Origin: Lama guanicoe
Taxonomy: Eukaryota
DNA: 64,000 bases
Direction: 5' to 3'
NCBI GenBank assembly: GCA_013239625.1
Contig: MU056050.1
Span: 242,504-306,503, forward strand
In this document: positions 13,561-27,368 of the stretch, piece after piece
Position numbering within the stretch: position 1 is the first letter of the stretch
How the letters are laid out: every line of letters begins with the position of its first letter
The notes under the pieces: model-generated
The model's input: the letters and a program-made list of their open reading frames with translations, nothing else
The model's database searches: none
What the model was told of the DNA's origin: nothing
Program-made: the position numbers and the translations under genes

Positions 13561-15246
13561 ATGGGATTCCAGAGCACTGGCCAGGAAAAGAAAACCTACT
13601 GAGACTGGAGAAGAAAGGAATAGTGCAGATGGAGATACGTTTGCAGAGGGGGAAGAAGGCAGCGAGGGTGTTGAACCATCACTTCTCACTATTTTCCATT
13701 TCCTTGCCTCTTATTGCTTCTCCTGGCTTTCAATTTACCAGGGACTGATAAATCAGATAATTAAGCTTATCAGAATTTGCCGAAAATTAAAATGAATAGC
13801 TGCAAGGCAAATCTGATTGTGCTTGCATGTAAGAAACGTGCCAGTCTTTTGCTAGCCTCTGAGGCAATAACGGGGAACAAGATGCAACCCTGGAGTTTAT
13901 GTATTTTATGAGACATTGACTCTGGCTGCCATCTCAATGGTCTTTTTTACTTGCTTCTTGGTTCTGTTAAAAATCCAGATAGCTGAGGTTGCCAGATGTG
14001 ACTTGTGAATATACGGTGTTAAGAGCACCCAGGTAGCTTCTCCCCTTCAACTTCCCAAATTACCACCCAGCACATAAACTATCAGGTGACATGAACCATA
14101 AAGTATTATGCCTTGGATTTAATATAACTTGGTTTTTTAAAAATTCATTAGTAGATTAATTTCTTATTCTGGCAATGAATTCAAAGTCCTCTCTTTCTCA
14201 GATTGGGTTTTTGACCTAGTACTGAAATGACTCTCATAAATACTGCCAATAAGGCTTTTGTGCAAGACAAATATTACCAGAGTAGATCAAAAAGGCAATT
14301 CTGCTAATACAAAGATCTTTCTAGATTCTGTCACTTACTTAAAATGCTCTCAATTAGCATCTGAAGTATTAATTTATAACAACTATTGATTTTATTAATT
14401 TATTAACCTTTAAAAATTCTTTAGGTAATGGAAATTTGGGTAAAACAATAATTTGAATAGGATCACATCCTGAAAGAAAACCTCATTCTGTAAGTCATTT
14501 TGACCTATTTGCCTAATGTACACTTGAGACCATAATGAAGTCTATTTGTAGAAGAGTTTAATAGTCACAGAAACAGTGACATTTTTAAAAGATAAAGTTT
14601 CACAGCCACTGAAATTTCAATGAAAAGGTTCATGTAGATTTTTAAAATTCTGTTAATCTTCAATTTTCTGTTAGTTCAGAAACTTTTCAAATATGACTTT
14701 CAGTGTGAGAATTGGAAAGCTAAGATACACATTTATAAAATATAAAGGAAACCCTTCCTTAAAACCAGTGTATCTAAATTTCTCTTTGGAAGAATCAGTA
14801 TTAAGAAGCACATTCTTATGTGGCATTTTATTAAACACCTTTTATCTATAGTCAAACTGAAGTACATTACATGACTCTTAAAAGATACTTGAAGCTATTC
14901 TGTACTAGCTTCAAACATGTCTACACTAGTTTCAAAAACAAGATATGGCAATTAGTGATGCAGAAAGTTAGCTACCATGATAAAAGCTCAGGAGACAGGT
15001 AGTGAGAGAAATGAGCCCAAGACAATGTAACACTGTCTACCCAACTAAACAGATAAAATGCTATAATCTTAAAAATAGCTGAGTCTTACAAGAATTCCTC
15101 CTAAAAACTACAAGAAACTTCAGATGGTGTGCTTTACACTGTATGTAAATATGTTCTTGATACCTAACAAGTGGCTTCTTACCAGATTCTTTCTAGAAAT
15201 ACTCAAATGTTTATTTATCATCATTGAAATGAAAACTATCACTCAA

Positions 15247-15450
15247 TACTGACTGGTATATATAAAATAAACAAGTTTATACTGTATAGCACAGGGAAAC
15301 ATACTCACTATCTTGTAGTAGCTCACGGTGAAAAAGATTATGAAAATGAATGTATGTATATTCGTATATGGCTGAAGAATTGTGCTGTACACCAGAAATT
15401 GACACAACATTGTAAACTGACTATACTTCAAAAACAAAACAAAACAAAAC
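15247..15450 (+). mobile_element. 5'-truncated L1 3' end
   Basis: tatagcacaggga...tgtgctgtacaccagaaattgacacaacattgtaaactgactatacttc followed by an (AAAAC)n tail; duplication ctatcactcaa/ctatcattcaa. Confidence 0.85.
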
Positions 15451-15949
15451 AACCTATCATTCAAAGAAGTAAGAGTAACAGGACTTTAAAGTCCTCAGTC
15501 CCCAGATGAAAAAACTGAGACCTCTGAAGTTGAGTGGCTTGAACAAGGTCACATGGCAACTCAGCCGGTAGAGTTGGGAGCTATGATGATTAACTGGCAG
15601 TCACATGGCTTAACTGGGTCATCCAGAGGAAAGTTACTAGCCAGGCTGCTAAGTTTTTTTGTGTGTGATATATGAAAGTGGGTTGGGAAGCTATCTGGAA
15701 ATTGGAAGGTTCAAAAGCATTTTAGGGTGATCTGAGAGAAAGATTACACACAATCCTATTTTGGTTCAGATCAATAGCTCGGTTTGTGTGGCTGCAATGT
15801 ACAGCTGCTACATACAGATATTCAGTATCAGCCTCAGCTTAGGAGTTGAGAAAAGTGTATAGAGATACTCTGCCGCTTTTACTATGAAATAAATATTCTA
15901 GATCACTGGTTTCCTAATTAGCTACACATCAGATTCACCTGGGAAGCTT

Positions 15950-15976
15950 ACACACTCACACACACACACACACACA
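15950..15976 (+). repeat. (CA)n microsatellite
   Basis: Directly visible. Confidence 0.85.
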
Positions 15977-16276
15977 ATCTCATTCCAGACCTGCTAAACT
16001 AAATCCTCTAGGAATGGAGCTTGAAATTTGAATTTTTGTAACTAGCTTCCTGTGTTTCTTACTCTATAGCCACCCCAGCATCAAAAGGGACCAATCTATG
16101 GGATCACTCTTCCACACAGTAATACATGGATCATTCTGGAAATAATTTAGTTCTACTTCTAAGCATTTCTTAAGTTTTTCCTTTTGAAAGAAATTGCCAT
16201 TATATAGTATATAAAATCTAGACTTTAACCAACTGGAAAAAAATGTGAGCAAATTTTCTTAAGAAATAAAAGAAAC

Positions 16277-16282
16277 TTTATT
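16277..16282 (-). terminator. Candidate poly(A) signal AATAAA ending the exon 9B 3'UTR (~2.3 kb)
   Basis: Plus-strand TTTATT; on the minus strand it is followed by U-rich sequence, and it ends an AT-rich, repeat-poor tract just before a MER5-like repeat. Confidence 0.55.
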
Positions 16283-18564
16283 GTTTTAGAAGCAATATTT
16301 TGAGCAAATGGACAGGCAAATATCTAAAGAGAAATACCATACATCAACTAGTGGTTTAAACATTTGCAGAAAAAAACATGAGAAGTATTTACATGGACCA
16401 GTTTCTTTATACAAATGCTAACACATGAAAAACACCCAGAACCAAATAGAGTGTTAGACCATTGAGGTGTAAACCCAATAAAACAAATAAAACTACAAAA
16501 GGTACAAAGAACACATGGCTATAGGAAATAACAGTGTAAATGACAGTATGTAAACTGGCCCATGTAAAATACAAAAATATTCAATGAAGTCAGATTTTCT
16601 ATAAAACAGTGCTAATTAGAGGTATTTTAATTTGAATCAGATATATAATCTAAATGTAGAAACTTTTAGAAACATTAACAGCGTTAAGCCAGTGCCACCC
16701 ACTTGTGCTTCCAATTTTTATTTTTTTAAAAAAGCTGCTGCTTTGTTTTGACTCATGAGAAATATCTAGGGCTCATATTCTTGTAAGCATTATCCTTTCT
16801 TATAAGGTTAACAATCTTACACTAAAATACTATTTAAATAAAAAATAATTTTTAAAAATCAGATTTCTACTTAGCCTTTAAAAAGTGCCTTAAGCTGGCA
16901 GTGCAGCTAAATGTAGCTTTAAGAGAGGGGCTAGTCAGAAGTCCGATTCTGAGCCAGGACTATTTTCAGGCTACTCTAAACAGAGAGCAAATTTAAGTGG
17001 AAGAAAACATTTATCATGCCAATATAACTCGAAAGATAGTTATAGACGTACACATGCTAACATGCAGTTGCCTCTGTGTGTGTCTGTATTGCTAGATTAC
17101 CAAATTAATTCAACATAAATAATATTTTGGAATCCAGATATCTCATTTTCAAGTAAATGGGGGGAGACATAATCTCCCACCCTCCAAAACATGGAACCTT
17201 CCATATATGGCTGCATATTAACGATGTTTTAATATTTGCTCAGCCATCCTAATACCAAAAAGCCGCAAAAAACAAATCTCCTAGAAGCAGCAAGAAATAC
17301 TTGATGTGTTAGCCATCAAGCTGAAATGTTTTGCTTTCTCATATAAACATCAGGTGGTGCAGAGTAAATGGACAATTGGCGCATCTCCCCAGAACATAAA
17401 AGTGAACACAAAGTACATGAATTAATGATTCTACCATAATGAACAATAATAATGTAAGTTTTGATTAGTATAGAACTATGTAGATGTAAACGCCAAATTA
17501 GTAAATGTTGTAGCAATCAATGCAAGCTAGAAACACAGAACAGGTTCCTAATGAACTAAGAGAAGACCAAGACTTTCGGGTTAGGTGCAAGTTACTTTCT
17601 AAGTGTAAGTGCACTTCCGTATTTAGGTTCTAGGACATACTGGCATTTCTTCTTTAAGGAAACAAAAAGAAAAGAATAAAACAATCTACCACCAACAAGG
17701 ATACTAGAAGGGCTAAAGAGAAATCTACATTAGTTTTAGCACTGCATGTAGAGGCCAATTTATGGGTACAAAAGACTAATGCCCTAAATTGGCACTGCCT
17801 AGCAATTATCTCTAAAGCATCTAGAGAAAATGCATTGAAATGCCCAGTTGGAATAGTCTTGTGTCTTACAATTTGAAAGACCGAAACATCCAGTTTTTTT
17901 ATGAAAAGGATTAAACAATAAGATTAGCATCTATTCTAAAATTTAAAAAGCTCTTGTATCTTTTGTCACTACAGCCACATTAAATACAAATCTATTCAAA
18001 AGGCAGTAGGAAAGCATTCATTGCTAAGAACAGAAAAATACTAGACCCTGTTCAAATCTACTGGTATAATCTCTCATAGTCAAATATGCAGCAAAGCCAA
18101 AGCAGCTAAGTTAACCTGCAAACAAAATCACCAAAAAATGCAAAAGGAGCAAGTACAAATCCACTGCAGAATGTGTTGTCTCAATTCAACTACATGAAGG
18201 GAGGACAGGGATCTCTTTTTAAAAACTTTTTCCTAAACTGTGTCTTTCTAGTTAGAATATCTAAAATGAAAAGACTGAAATACTAATTCAGAATAAAATA
18301 GAATTTATAAGCCACGTGATTTCTGCACATATTTTTTGCTACAGAAATAAGTTTTAAATTCCTTCGTTGGGAAAACCAAGATCATGTGACTAATATGGAT
18401 TTTATCGGTTTGGGGGTATTTCTATCTATTTAAGTTTGAAATCCTCCATACTATCTGTTCTAAGATCAGAACTGCAACTAAATACACCTTAGATTGAACA
18501 GTATTGCATGTTGGAACTTGTACTTGCTTCATTGTTTTATAACAGAGTCACGTGTGGATTAGTG

Positions 18565-18786
<222 letters not shown>

Positions 18787-19180
18787 TCAGAAATGCTCTT
18801 ATAAGATCAACTTTAAGTAATTAAGACAGGTATACTTCAATGATAAAGCTACTTCAAGTTATGGATTATTCTAGAATTAAAATCCTAAACTTATGTCCTT
18901 TCATTCATGTATGTGTGTCTAGGGATATTCATATCTATGAATACATACTCACATCTATGAGTAAAACGCATACACGTGTGTCTGTTTCTTTGTTTATATC
19001 CAAGTGCTTTCCAAAACAGGAGTGTTAAACAGAAATGAAGAGAGCTAATCTAGCTAGATTTCTACATAGGCAGACTTGACTCTTTGTGGTAGAGTAAATG
19101 TCTTTTGGGAAACTGAGAGAAGATTAGGAAGGTTTAATCATGGGATTAAACAACCAGGCTGGCTCTGGAATCCTTTAGAG

Positions 19181-19480
19181 CAGAGTTGGCAAACTATAAT
19201 ATAGCCCATGGGCCAAATCTGTCCCAAGGGCTAAAAATGCCTTTTGAACATTTTTAAATGATCAGAAAAAAACAAGATTTTGTGACTCATAAGAATTACA
19301 TGAAATTCAAGTTTCAATATCCATAAATCAAGCTTTATTGGAACATGGCCACACTCATATTTATTGCCTATGGCTGTTTTCACAGCAGAGCTGAATAGCT
19401 GTGACAGACAATATGGCCTCCAAACTCAACACACTTAACTGGCTGTCTGGGCCTTTACAAAAACAATTTGCAGATTCCTG
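19181..19480. mobile_element. MER58-like hAT MITE upstream of exon 9B
   Basis: cagagttggcaaact...gggccaaatc...ttattggaacatggccacactc...tttgcagattcctg. Confidence 0.65.
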
Positions 19481-21059
19481 ACTTCCAATATATATATGAT
19501 TTTAGTGGCTGCAAAAGTCAAGAAACTGGGAGTCCTTACTAATTTGAGTGTGTTTACTACATTTGTCAATCTGCTCAGGGCTGGCAACCCACAGGGGATT
19601 TTTTTTTTTCTATTTCCAGAGTAGTCTGATCCAGTAAAATCTAATCAACACTCTTTGACCTTACTGAAAATCTCTTTCCTCTTCCTGTATAGTCAGGTTT
19701 AACCAGTGTGTTGTATTTATAGGTACCCACAGTCAGGAACCTGGCTCCACAAATAGATTACGCATTTGTTATCAGTATTAAATGTTGTCTACTCCTCTGG
19801 GTGACATTTTTTAATACTATGAACATAAACACCTAAGTTTCAAATTAGAGGAGAAACACAGGTCATCTCTATCACAGCTGACTAGATAAACAGGCTTGAG
19901 CTCATTTTACACTGCAAATGATTTTAAATTCTAAACACAAATCTGGACCTAAAATTAGGGTAATGATGTAAGGGAGCTAGATAAAGACTCAAAAATAAAA
20001 CTACTAAAGAATCAAAATAATTGAAGTCCATAAGCAAAACTGACAAAAGGGAGAGTGAATTCTTGAAAGTATTTTTAAACTGTGATTAACCTCTCTAGTC
20101 ACAAGAATGGTAAGGTGAAGAGCCGGATTTACTTGCGCCAAACCAAGTCAGGCTAGGTATTCAGCACCACCACAAAACAGTTCAACAGGTCACAGCACAT
20201 TCACTTTTAAACTCAGCTTCCACAATTCCTTCTAAACCATAGAATTAATTGTTAAAAAGGATGTGGACAACTGGAGTGGCTCTGCTCAGCCGAGCTGTGT
20301 TCCACAAACCCTCAATTTTAAGTAATTGGTTTAAAAGGAAAGTCAATTAGAGAATTTTATGTACTTTTTCTTCTTTGTGCAAATTTTAATCTTGTAATGC
20401 CAAATGCATCTTTCATATTCATATAAATACACTGTAATGAGCCCTTTCCAAAAGTTTCACTAAATATCTGATAAATACCACCATTAACTCTGAGTAGACC
20501 TTCAAAACACCTCATTCACACTGGCACATGCTTTTCAAACTCTCCAGATGATGCCGGCTGGCCAAAACATAGATCAATATATCTGAGGCTTACCTACCGC
20601 AATCTTTTGTCTTAAAATACAACCAAACTGCTTTAATTTGGGTATGAAAATGTTCCCAGACAGAAGATGGCCCCAAGAAGGCATATGCAAGATGCTCAAA
20701 AACTGCTGCCCCGAAGTGCCATCCTTCCCACAAACTAAAACCCAGAGGAGCATCTGTACATTCAGTCAAGATCACTTAAAGCTCCTATCAGTTTTTAGCT
20801 TTAAGAACTTTGTTGCAAAGGTTTTCAGATCACCAAAAAAAAAAAGAAAAAAAAAGAAAAAACCCTAATCTGAGCAAAATGATGAGCCAAATATAGAGTT
20901 ACACAAACTTGCTCAAGGCTATGAGAACTCTACAACCGTGTCGAGAGGTGAATTCATATTTCTCCAATTTGATGATTAAATTTCCATGACTCAAAGGAAA
21001 AGCCACCTAGCAGTTACGATAAGAACATAAATTATTAATAAACCTTGCTTGATTCTTAC

Positions 21060-21224
21060 CTGTAGAATACTTTCCTTCCATCACACTGAAAGGTTGAACC
21101 CTTAGATCAAAGGTATTTATCTGAAATGTTCCAGACACTGAAACAGTCTGCTCTTTGTTGCACATATAAGAGCTTCCCAGGGGGGCATCCCAGTAGCTGA
21201 GGTTGTTATTTGTAATGCTGAAAA
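21060..21224 (-). CDS. LAMP2: LAMP2 exon 8 ([26 protein letters not shown]...GKYST)
   Basis: Acceptor ttctttaaag|, donor CAG|GTAAGA, 165 nt; overlaps ORF 21007..21246. Confidence 0.97.
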
Positions 21225-21635
21225 CTTTAAAGAAAAAAAAACACATGTTAGTAACTGCTTATCCTGTCAACATAAAAGTGGGACAGTCCTCAGGATTTTT
21301 CAGTGAAGTATGGAAACCTGGGGTACAGGGCCTACCCTATCCAAAAAGCAATCCTTAAGATCACTGGGTTCCCTATCTTTCTATAGGTGTTTCTGTAGTC
21401 TAAAACCCAGTCACATCCTTAACTCTTATCTATCCTGCTTTGAAAATATGAGATACTGCAAAAGATAGAATGCTATAGTTCTAAGTTACTGGTTTTAAGT
21501 TATGGTCAAAGTCCAGTTCTCACACAGAAGCTTCCGTTCCATTAAATAAGGTACTATTTGGTAATAAGACAGTAACAGTTGCCATTCCTTCAGTGTAACC
21601 CATACCCTTCTTCCTGAGCCGAAGGTTTTGCTTAC

Positions 21636-21699
21636 CAGAGCCATTAACCAAGTACATGCTGACACTCACTTCCTTCAGATAGAATCGGTTTTCATTTTT
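21636..21699 (-). CDS. LAMP2: LAMP2 exon 7 (KNENRFYLKEVSVSMYLVNGS)
   Basis: Acceptor cacacag|, donor G|GTAAGC, 64 nt; overlaps ORF 21520..21732. Confidence 0.96.
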
Positions 21700-24600
21700 C
21701 TGTGTGAAAAAGAGCTTCCAGTTAATCGACACAGCACAACTGTCTACAGGTACAGTTAATATCTATAGAGGAAAAGCAGGCAAATCCTATCACGCAGAAG
21801 GCAAAACCATGCATTAGACCTGGGCCAGCAGAATAACTGCAGCCAATGGAAAGGGACTCAAAATGCGACAGAAACCCTTTTGCTCTGCATTTTGTTTCCA
21901 ACTTTTGGAGCAGGTGTACTCATGTGGTCCTTAGGACCTCAGTAATTCACTCCCTCCATTCTGTTCTCCCTGTCACTTTCTGAGCCCTCTCCATAACCTC
22001 CAGCCTGGATTACAACAGCCTCTTCCCGGGGCCCCACGTCTTTCAGCCTCTCCAACTCGGATCTTTCCTTCGCTGCTCTTATCTTTCTGAAGCACTCATC
22101 TGATCAGCCAGTCGTTCTAATTATTTCAGAACTCAGTATGAACAAGGTAACATATCTAAGTGTTCCAGGGAGCTAGCCAAATGAGCCTGGATCCTGCCCC
22201 CGTGTTTGCCATCTGCCAGGTAAAAGATAAACACATACATAATGAACTATATTAAAAAAAGAAAGGGATAAGTTATAAAAATTAAAAGGAGAGAAATTAC
22301 TTCCTAGTAGGGGAGGAGCAGAAGTAATAATACAAGCTTAGGGATGGGCCATTTGCACTGAGTAAGATTCAATTAAGAGACAAGCAGGAAGGCGTGTTTG
22401 AGAAGGCAACGGCACGAGGGAAGGTAGTCAAAACTAAGCCTCAGCACGAGTACTCTAGCATTTTAGAACTCACCAAGTGCCAAGTGCTGACCTTAAGACT
22501 TGACCTATGAGGCTTCACTGAATAATTACAACACCCATTTTGAGATGCAGTAATCAAAGTATGGAGGTGGTGTTAAGCAACCTCGCCAAGGCTATCTAGT
22601 TAGTAGCAGTCAGTGAGCTGGGATCCGAACCCAGGAGTCTGGCTGCAGAGCGCAGGCACTGGCTACCACTAGGCTCTCCTACCTCGCTGATGTGCACAGG
22701 GAACGGAGTGAGGGAAGCATGAGATTCTTGAGAAGGGAACGGAGTCAAAAAAGCTGGATATGCAGGTTACGTTGCATGGGGGGTGGGGTGAGGTGGGGAC
22801 AGGCTTGATCTATCCTGCCAGGGAATGTAGGTTTTCTTGAGGGCAAAACAGAATCACTGAAGGTTTCTGAGGAAGGGCTGTGTTGCAGGAAGGTAAGCCA
22901 ACGCAGAAGCACATGGGGGGAGGGAGGAAGAGGTGGGACTACTTAGGAGGCTATCTGAACCCTCCAGGTAAGAGGGAATGCAGGCTGGAATCAGTAGAGA
23001 ATAAAAACAAGGGGGCAGACTAAAAACAATTTCAGGAGAAAGCATTGAGGAGGACTCGACAACCTCAACACATCTCTCCTCAGCTCGGCATTCAAGGCTC
23101 TCCACAATTTGTCCGAACTACTCTTTCACACTTACCTTTCACTACACGTGCCACACGTCTCATTCTCCAGCCTGGTCTTGACTGTGTATCCAGGGATAGC
23201 TTGTACTTTTTCACTTACTCTCCTTATCCCCCATGTGTACAAATCTGACCCATCCTTGAAGGTCCAGTTCAAATGCCATCTCTTCTGTTAAACCCTCCTG
23301 CCTCTCCTCCAGCCAGAATTAACTGTTCCTTCCTCTACACTCCCATAGTGCTTTGTATTCTCTGGTCTGGCACTCATCCCACTTTGCATGGACCTTCCAC
23401 AGTCCTCTAACTGCCCACAGAATCAAATCCAAAAGCCAGCATGGCATTCAATGCCTTCCACAGAACCAGTGATCTTTTCTATATTGCTATCTTTACCACT
23501 AAATAAACTATGGGCATCTTAAGAATACAGGCCTTCTTCTTTGTATCCCACCATAGCATCCTATATTTGTACACCGAATTCAATAAATTATCCTTAGACA
23601 CATCTCTCATGATAGGGTTGAAGGTGAGATGGGCCCCACTTAACTCTGGTAACATTGCAGGTGTTTCTTGATTTTTCACAGTGCCTGTAGCATGGTTAAA
23701 ATGTCACTACTCTGGATTACATTTTAGAATTGTCTGCTGGGCAATTAAGTGACATAATTATTAAATATTACATATTTTCCCATTAGAGCCAGAAGAAACC
23801 ATGTTCATTTTAGGATCCTATTTCAGCTAGAAAGATCAAACTCAACCACTCAAAAGGGAATGAATCTAAAATATTACTTTCTTCATTCTTATTGACTATA
23901 ATATAATCTGTGTGTGATAACACGGGAAGCCTCCTCTTACCACACTCAAGATGACAAGCTTAACCATTTTTTTAATAGTAATTCAGTGGTCATTTAAAAA
24001 ATAGCAATTCACTGATCATATATATACTATAACAGAAGAGTTATTTGAGTGCTGGGAAAGGGAGGTTTTTTGTAAACCTTTCTAAAATATAATCCTCAAT
24101 TAGTCAGCATATATTCCAAAATAAAAAAGGCTTTAGACTCCAAGTTTCAACATGATACCAAGTTTACCAAGTTTTGACATGAAACAAATACATACCTAAC
24201 TTTTTATGTATCACATGTTGAGAATGTTTCCCCATCCCTAGATGGAGTAATCTGATTTAAAAGCAGAACAGTTGTTTTATCCACATATACAATAGCTCTT
24301 AGTTTGAGAACTACTGGTGGTTGACCCTTTTCCCTCATTGATGGCTAGCCCCTCTTTCCCATTCCCATTTGCTATAACGTGTACACACACACACACCCCC
24401 TTCAAAAATTATAGGAATAACAATTGTTTCTTGAGAAGGTAGAATTAAAGGCCCCTGATGATTAATTTATGCTAGTAAGAAGTAGAACCCACGTGCTTAA
24501 CCTAGAAACTTCTATTTAGGGTTCAGCCCCCAATAGAAGCATGAGCAACAAAAACCTGAATGCTGCCATTATATACCGCCTTGACTTAAAGCCTGTAAAG

Positions 24601-25103
24601 TCCTTACTTACCCAGAGCCCTGTACATATAGCAAGTACTCAACGAAAGCTAGCTATCATGATGACTGATACTATTACAAGCAGTGTAGCCTCCCCCAAAG
24701 CCTAAAATATTATAATAGACAAACATGAGAATTTTCTAACCAATAATAGAGAAAATATTATGGAAATTACTTTGTATCTTTTATATATATATTTTCTTAT
24801 TACATATATCTACATGGATAGACTAGACAATTTTTGATATAGGTTAATTCTTGCTCCCACCCTAATGTCTATATTAACAGCAGAATAGCTGTTTTTGGTG
24901 AACATTAATGTAAAAGTCCAGCCCACAGAAATCAAGGTGACCCTGAGGGATTAACAGGGATCAATGGACTACACTTTTAAGTAGTGTTGAAATGGAAAAT
25001 ATGGTGAAAATGGTGAATATCCCCATCAATACACACACCCTTTTAGACTTTCAGATGTGTTTCTAAGAGAATGAACCTAATTTTAGATAAATTTGTTACT
25101 CAC

Positions 25104-25226
25104 CACAGCAAAGACAAAGTCAAGATACTTGATGTTGCTGCCATTCAGCCTAAGTAGAGCAGTTTGAGGGTGGCAGCTGCCAGTCACGTCTGTTGTATTG
25201 GGATTGATGTTAAAAACTGAAGCAAC
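25104..25226 (-). CDS. LAMP2: LAMP2 exon 6 ([41 protein letters not shown])
   Basis: Acceptor ctcctaaag|, donor GTG|GTGAGT, 123 nt (symmetric, 41 codons). Confidence 0.96.
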
Positions 25227-25993
25227 CTTTAGGAGAAGAGGGGAGAAAGACACGGATGAACTAAAAAATCTACAGCAAAAGCTTATATTCTAATAACACC
25301 AACTTCACAGTGAACAAAACACCTTGTGTCTGGACACGGATATAAGCGTATGATGTCTTACTTTCAGAGTTGGCACAGGCCCCCAAGCTATGACTCAGAA
25401 GACTTTTTTTTTTTAAAAAAGAAGACAAGAGGGAAGCTTCCTCAAATAATGAGCCAAAAAAGAACACATTTTTAATGGAGCACAAAAGCCATCTGTCTGG
25501 CTTAAGTCGCAGGACTCTGGAAATGAGGTTGGTTGGTCAGCACAACCTCTGTGGTCTCAGTGAAGCATTGCAACCAGAAGTGCCATCGTGTACTCACATC
25601 TATTACCTATCTATCCAGCCATACCATTCAAGCCAGCAAATAGCTAGAGAAACAGTGGCACTGTTCCATACAACCTACAGTGTGGTTCAGATAAAAGTTT
25701 ATATTTTAAACTAACTGAAATAAAGATCAACCACTTAGATTCTGATCTACTGATGGCAGACAGAATCTAAGCCCCCAAGAGCCCTTTAAACTGCTAGGTT
25801 TCCTGCTGGCCAAGACAATGCCTTGATAGCAACATTAACTCTTCATGGTTATAGTAACTCCTAACTAATCAAAACTCTACAAGTCAACATCAAATCTCTA
25901 TTTAATTCTGCATCATTCTAATAACACTACTCTTGGGCTGAAGGTTGGACCCACTACATTTGAAAGGAGATATAAAAAGAATGTATCAATAAA

Positions 25994-26233
25994 TGAGCCT
26001 TTATTTTATATCTGGGCTCCAACTCTACCTCCTAGCCTTAGATCAAATCTATTCTTTAAAATCTCTGATTCCACAGGGAACTATATACAATATCTTGTAA
26101 TAACCTACAATGAAAAAGAATATGTATATATACATATGTATGACTGAATCACTATGCTGTACACGAGAAGCTAACACAACATTGCAAATCAACTATACTT
26201 CAATAAAAAGAAGTAATAAATACATAAAAATTT
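25994..26233 (+). mobile_element. L1 3' end with an unexplained ~78-nt 5' segment, in intron 5
   Basis: L1 3'UTR at ~26072-26215 plus A-rich tail; exact direct repeat TAAAAAGAATGTATCAATAAA at 25973-25993 and 26234-26254. Confidence 0.85.
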
Positions 26234-26269
26234 TAAAAAGAATGTATCAATAAAAATAGGCAACTATAC

Positions 26270-26457
26270 CTTATCTTGAGTAATGTTCAGTTGCAGCCCC
26301 ATGGTAGCCAGAAGACAGGTACCATTGCTATTCTTCACTGCATAGGATCCAACCTCGGGTTTTTCCTTTGGAGTGGGTGTTGTGGTAGGAGCTGGCGCAG
26401 TGGTGGGAATGACGGGCACCACTGTGGTTGCAGTTTTATCTTTATCACACAGAAATT
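26270..26457 (-). CDS. LAMP2: LAMP2 exon 5 (Pro/Thr hinge and start of second LAMP domain, EFLCDKDK...LQLNITQDK)
   Basis: Acceptor gtctcag|, donor AAG|GTATAG, 188 nt; overlaps ORF 26264..26473. Confidence 0.96.
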
Positions 26458-27368
26458 CTGAGACAAAGAACAAAATAAGCTACAGTAAACTTTTTCTTAA
26501 TTCATAAAGCCAGGGAAGAGCGAAATATTTCTCAAAATTGAAGACCAAAAGGGTTGTATTCAGGGAAGAGGTTCTCAAACCGCTGCTTCATATGTAGATA
26601 ATGTGAAGAGTTATGACACGGCTGATAGGCTCCCAACACGTACAAATGCTGCACCTACTCACACACGGCCACACACGCATCTTTTCAGACCCTTGAGTCC
26701 TTTTGTTCCTCAAAAAATCACCTGCCTCTTGAGGTGAAAATCAGATTAAAGTTTGAAAACATTTCACTCCTACCTAGGCCTGCCCTCTCCTTTCCCACAT
26801 ACAACCACTCTACGGAGGGAGAGTGTTTCCCTGAAAATAGTTTAGAAATCATTGAGGGATGTAAACACAAATAAACCTTTTACCTGTGTCACCCTTACAG
26901 CAAATCACAGGCATTTCAACCTCTTCTTAGGAAGTGCTGGTAGCTTTTCAGAACTCAATGAGAAATTATTGTTTATTTTCATGAAGCCATATACAAGTTA
27001 TAAAATCAATTTATAAAAGTCAAGATTAGAACACAGAAATCCAATTTCTAAGCTTTTGTCTTGGATCTTCAAAAGCTAAAAAGGATCAAATGTTCTTTGA
27101 GGATTTGCTCAAACAATGATTAAGTTTTATCAGCTGAAAATTCGACAGGTAGAGCATTTTAAAAGACTCTCCCAACACATGTACATGAGAAACTTAAAAC
27201 TGCAAGTTCCACAAGAATAAGAATTGCTGTTACTTATAAAACCTTTATAGTCCAGTGTAAATCTTAACATACAAATGCTCTGAGATAACAATTTCAACTA
27301 AAGCTACCCGGTATACTGTAATCTTAACTTAGGACCCATGCATCGAAATATCCACTTTAAGTACTCAC

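Noticed and set aside
21007..21059. Intron 8 read-through giving a soluble TM-less LAMP2 (…[19 protein letters not shown])
   Set aside because: The exon 8 donor is strong and no canonical AATAAA lies close downstream; there is no support beyond the open frame.
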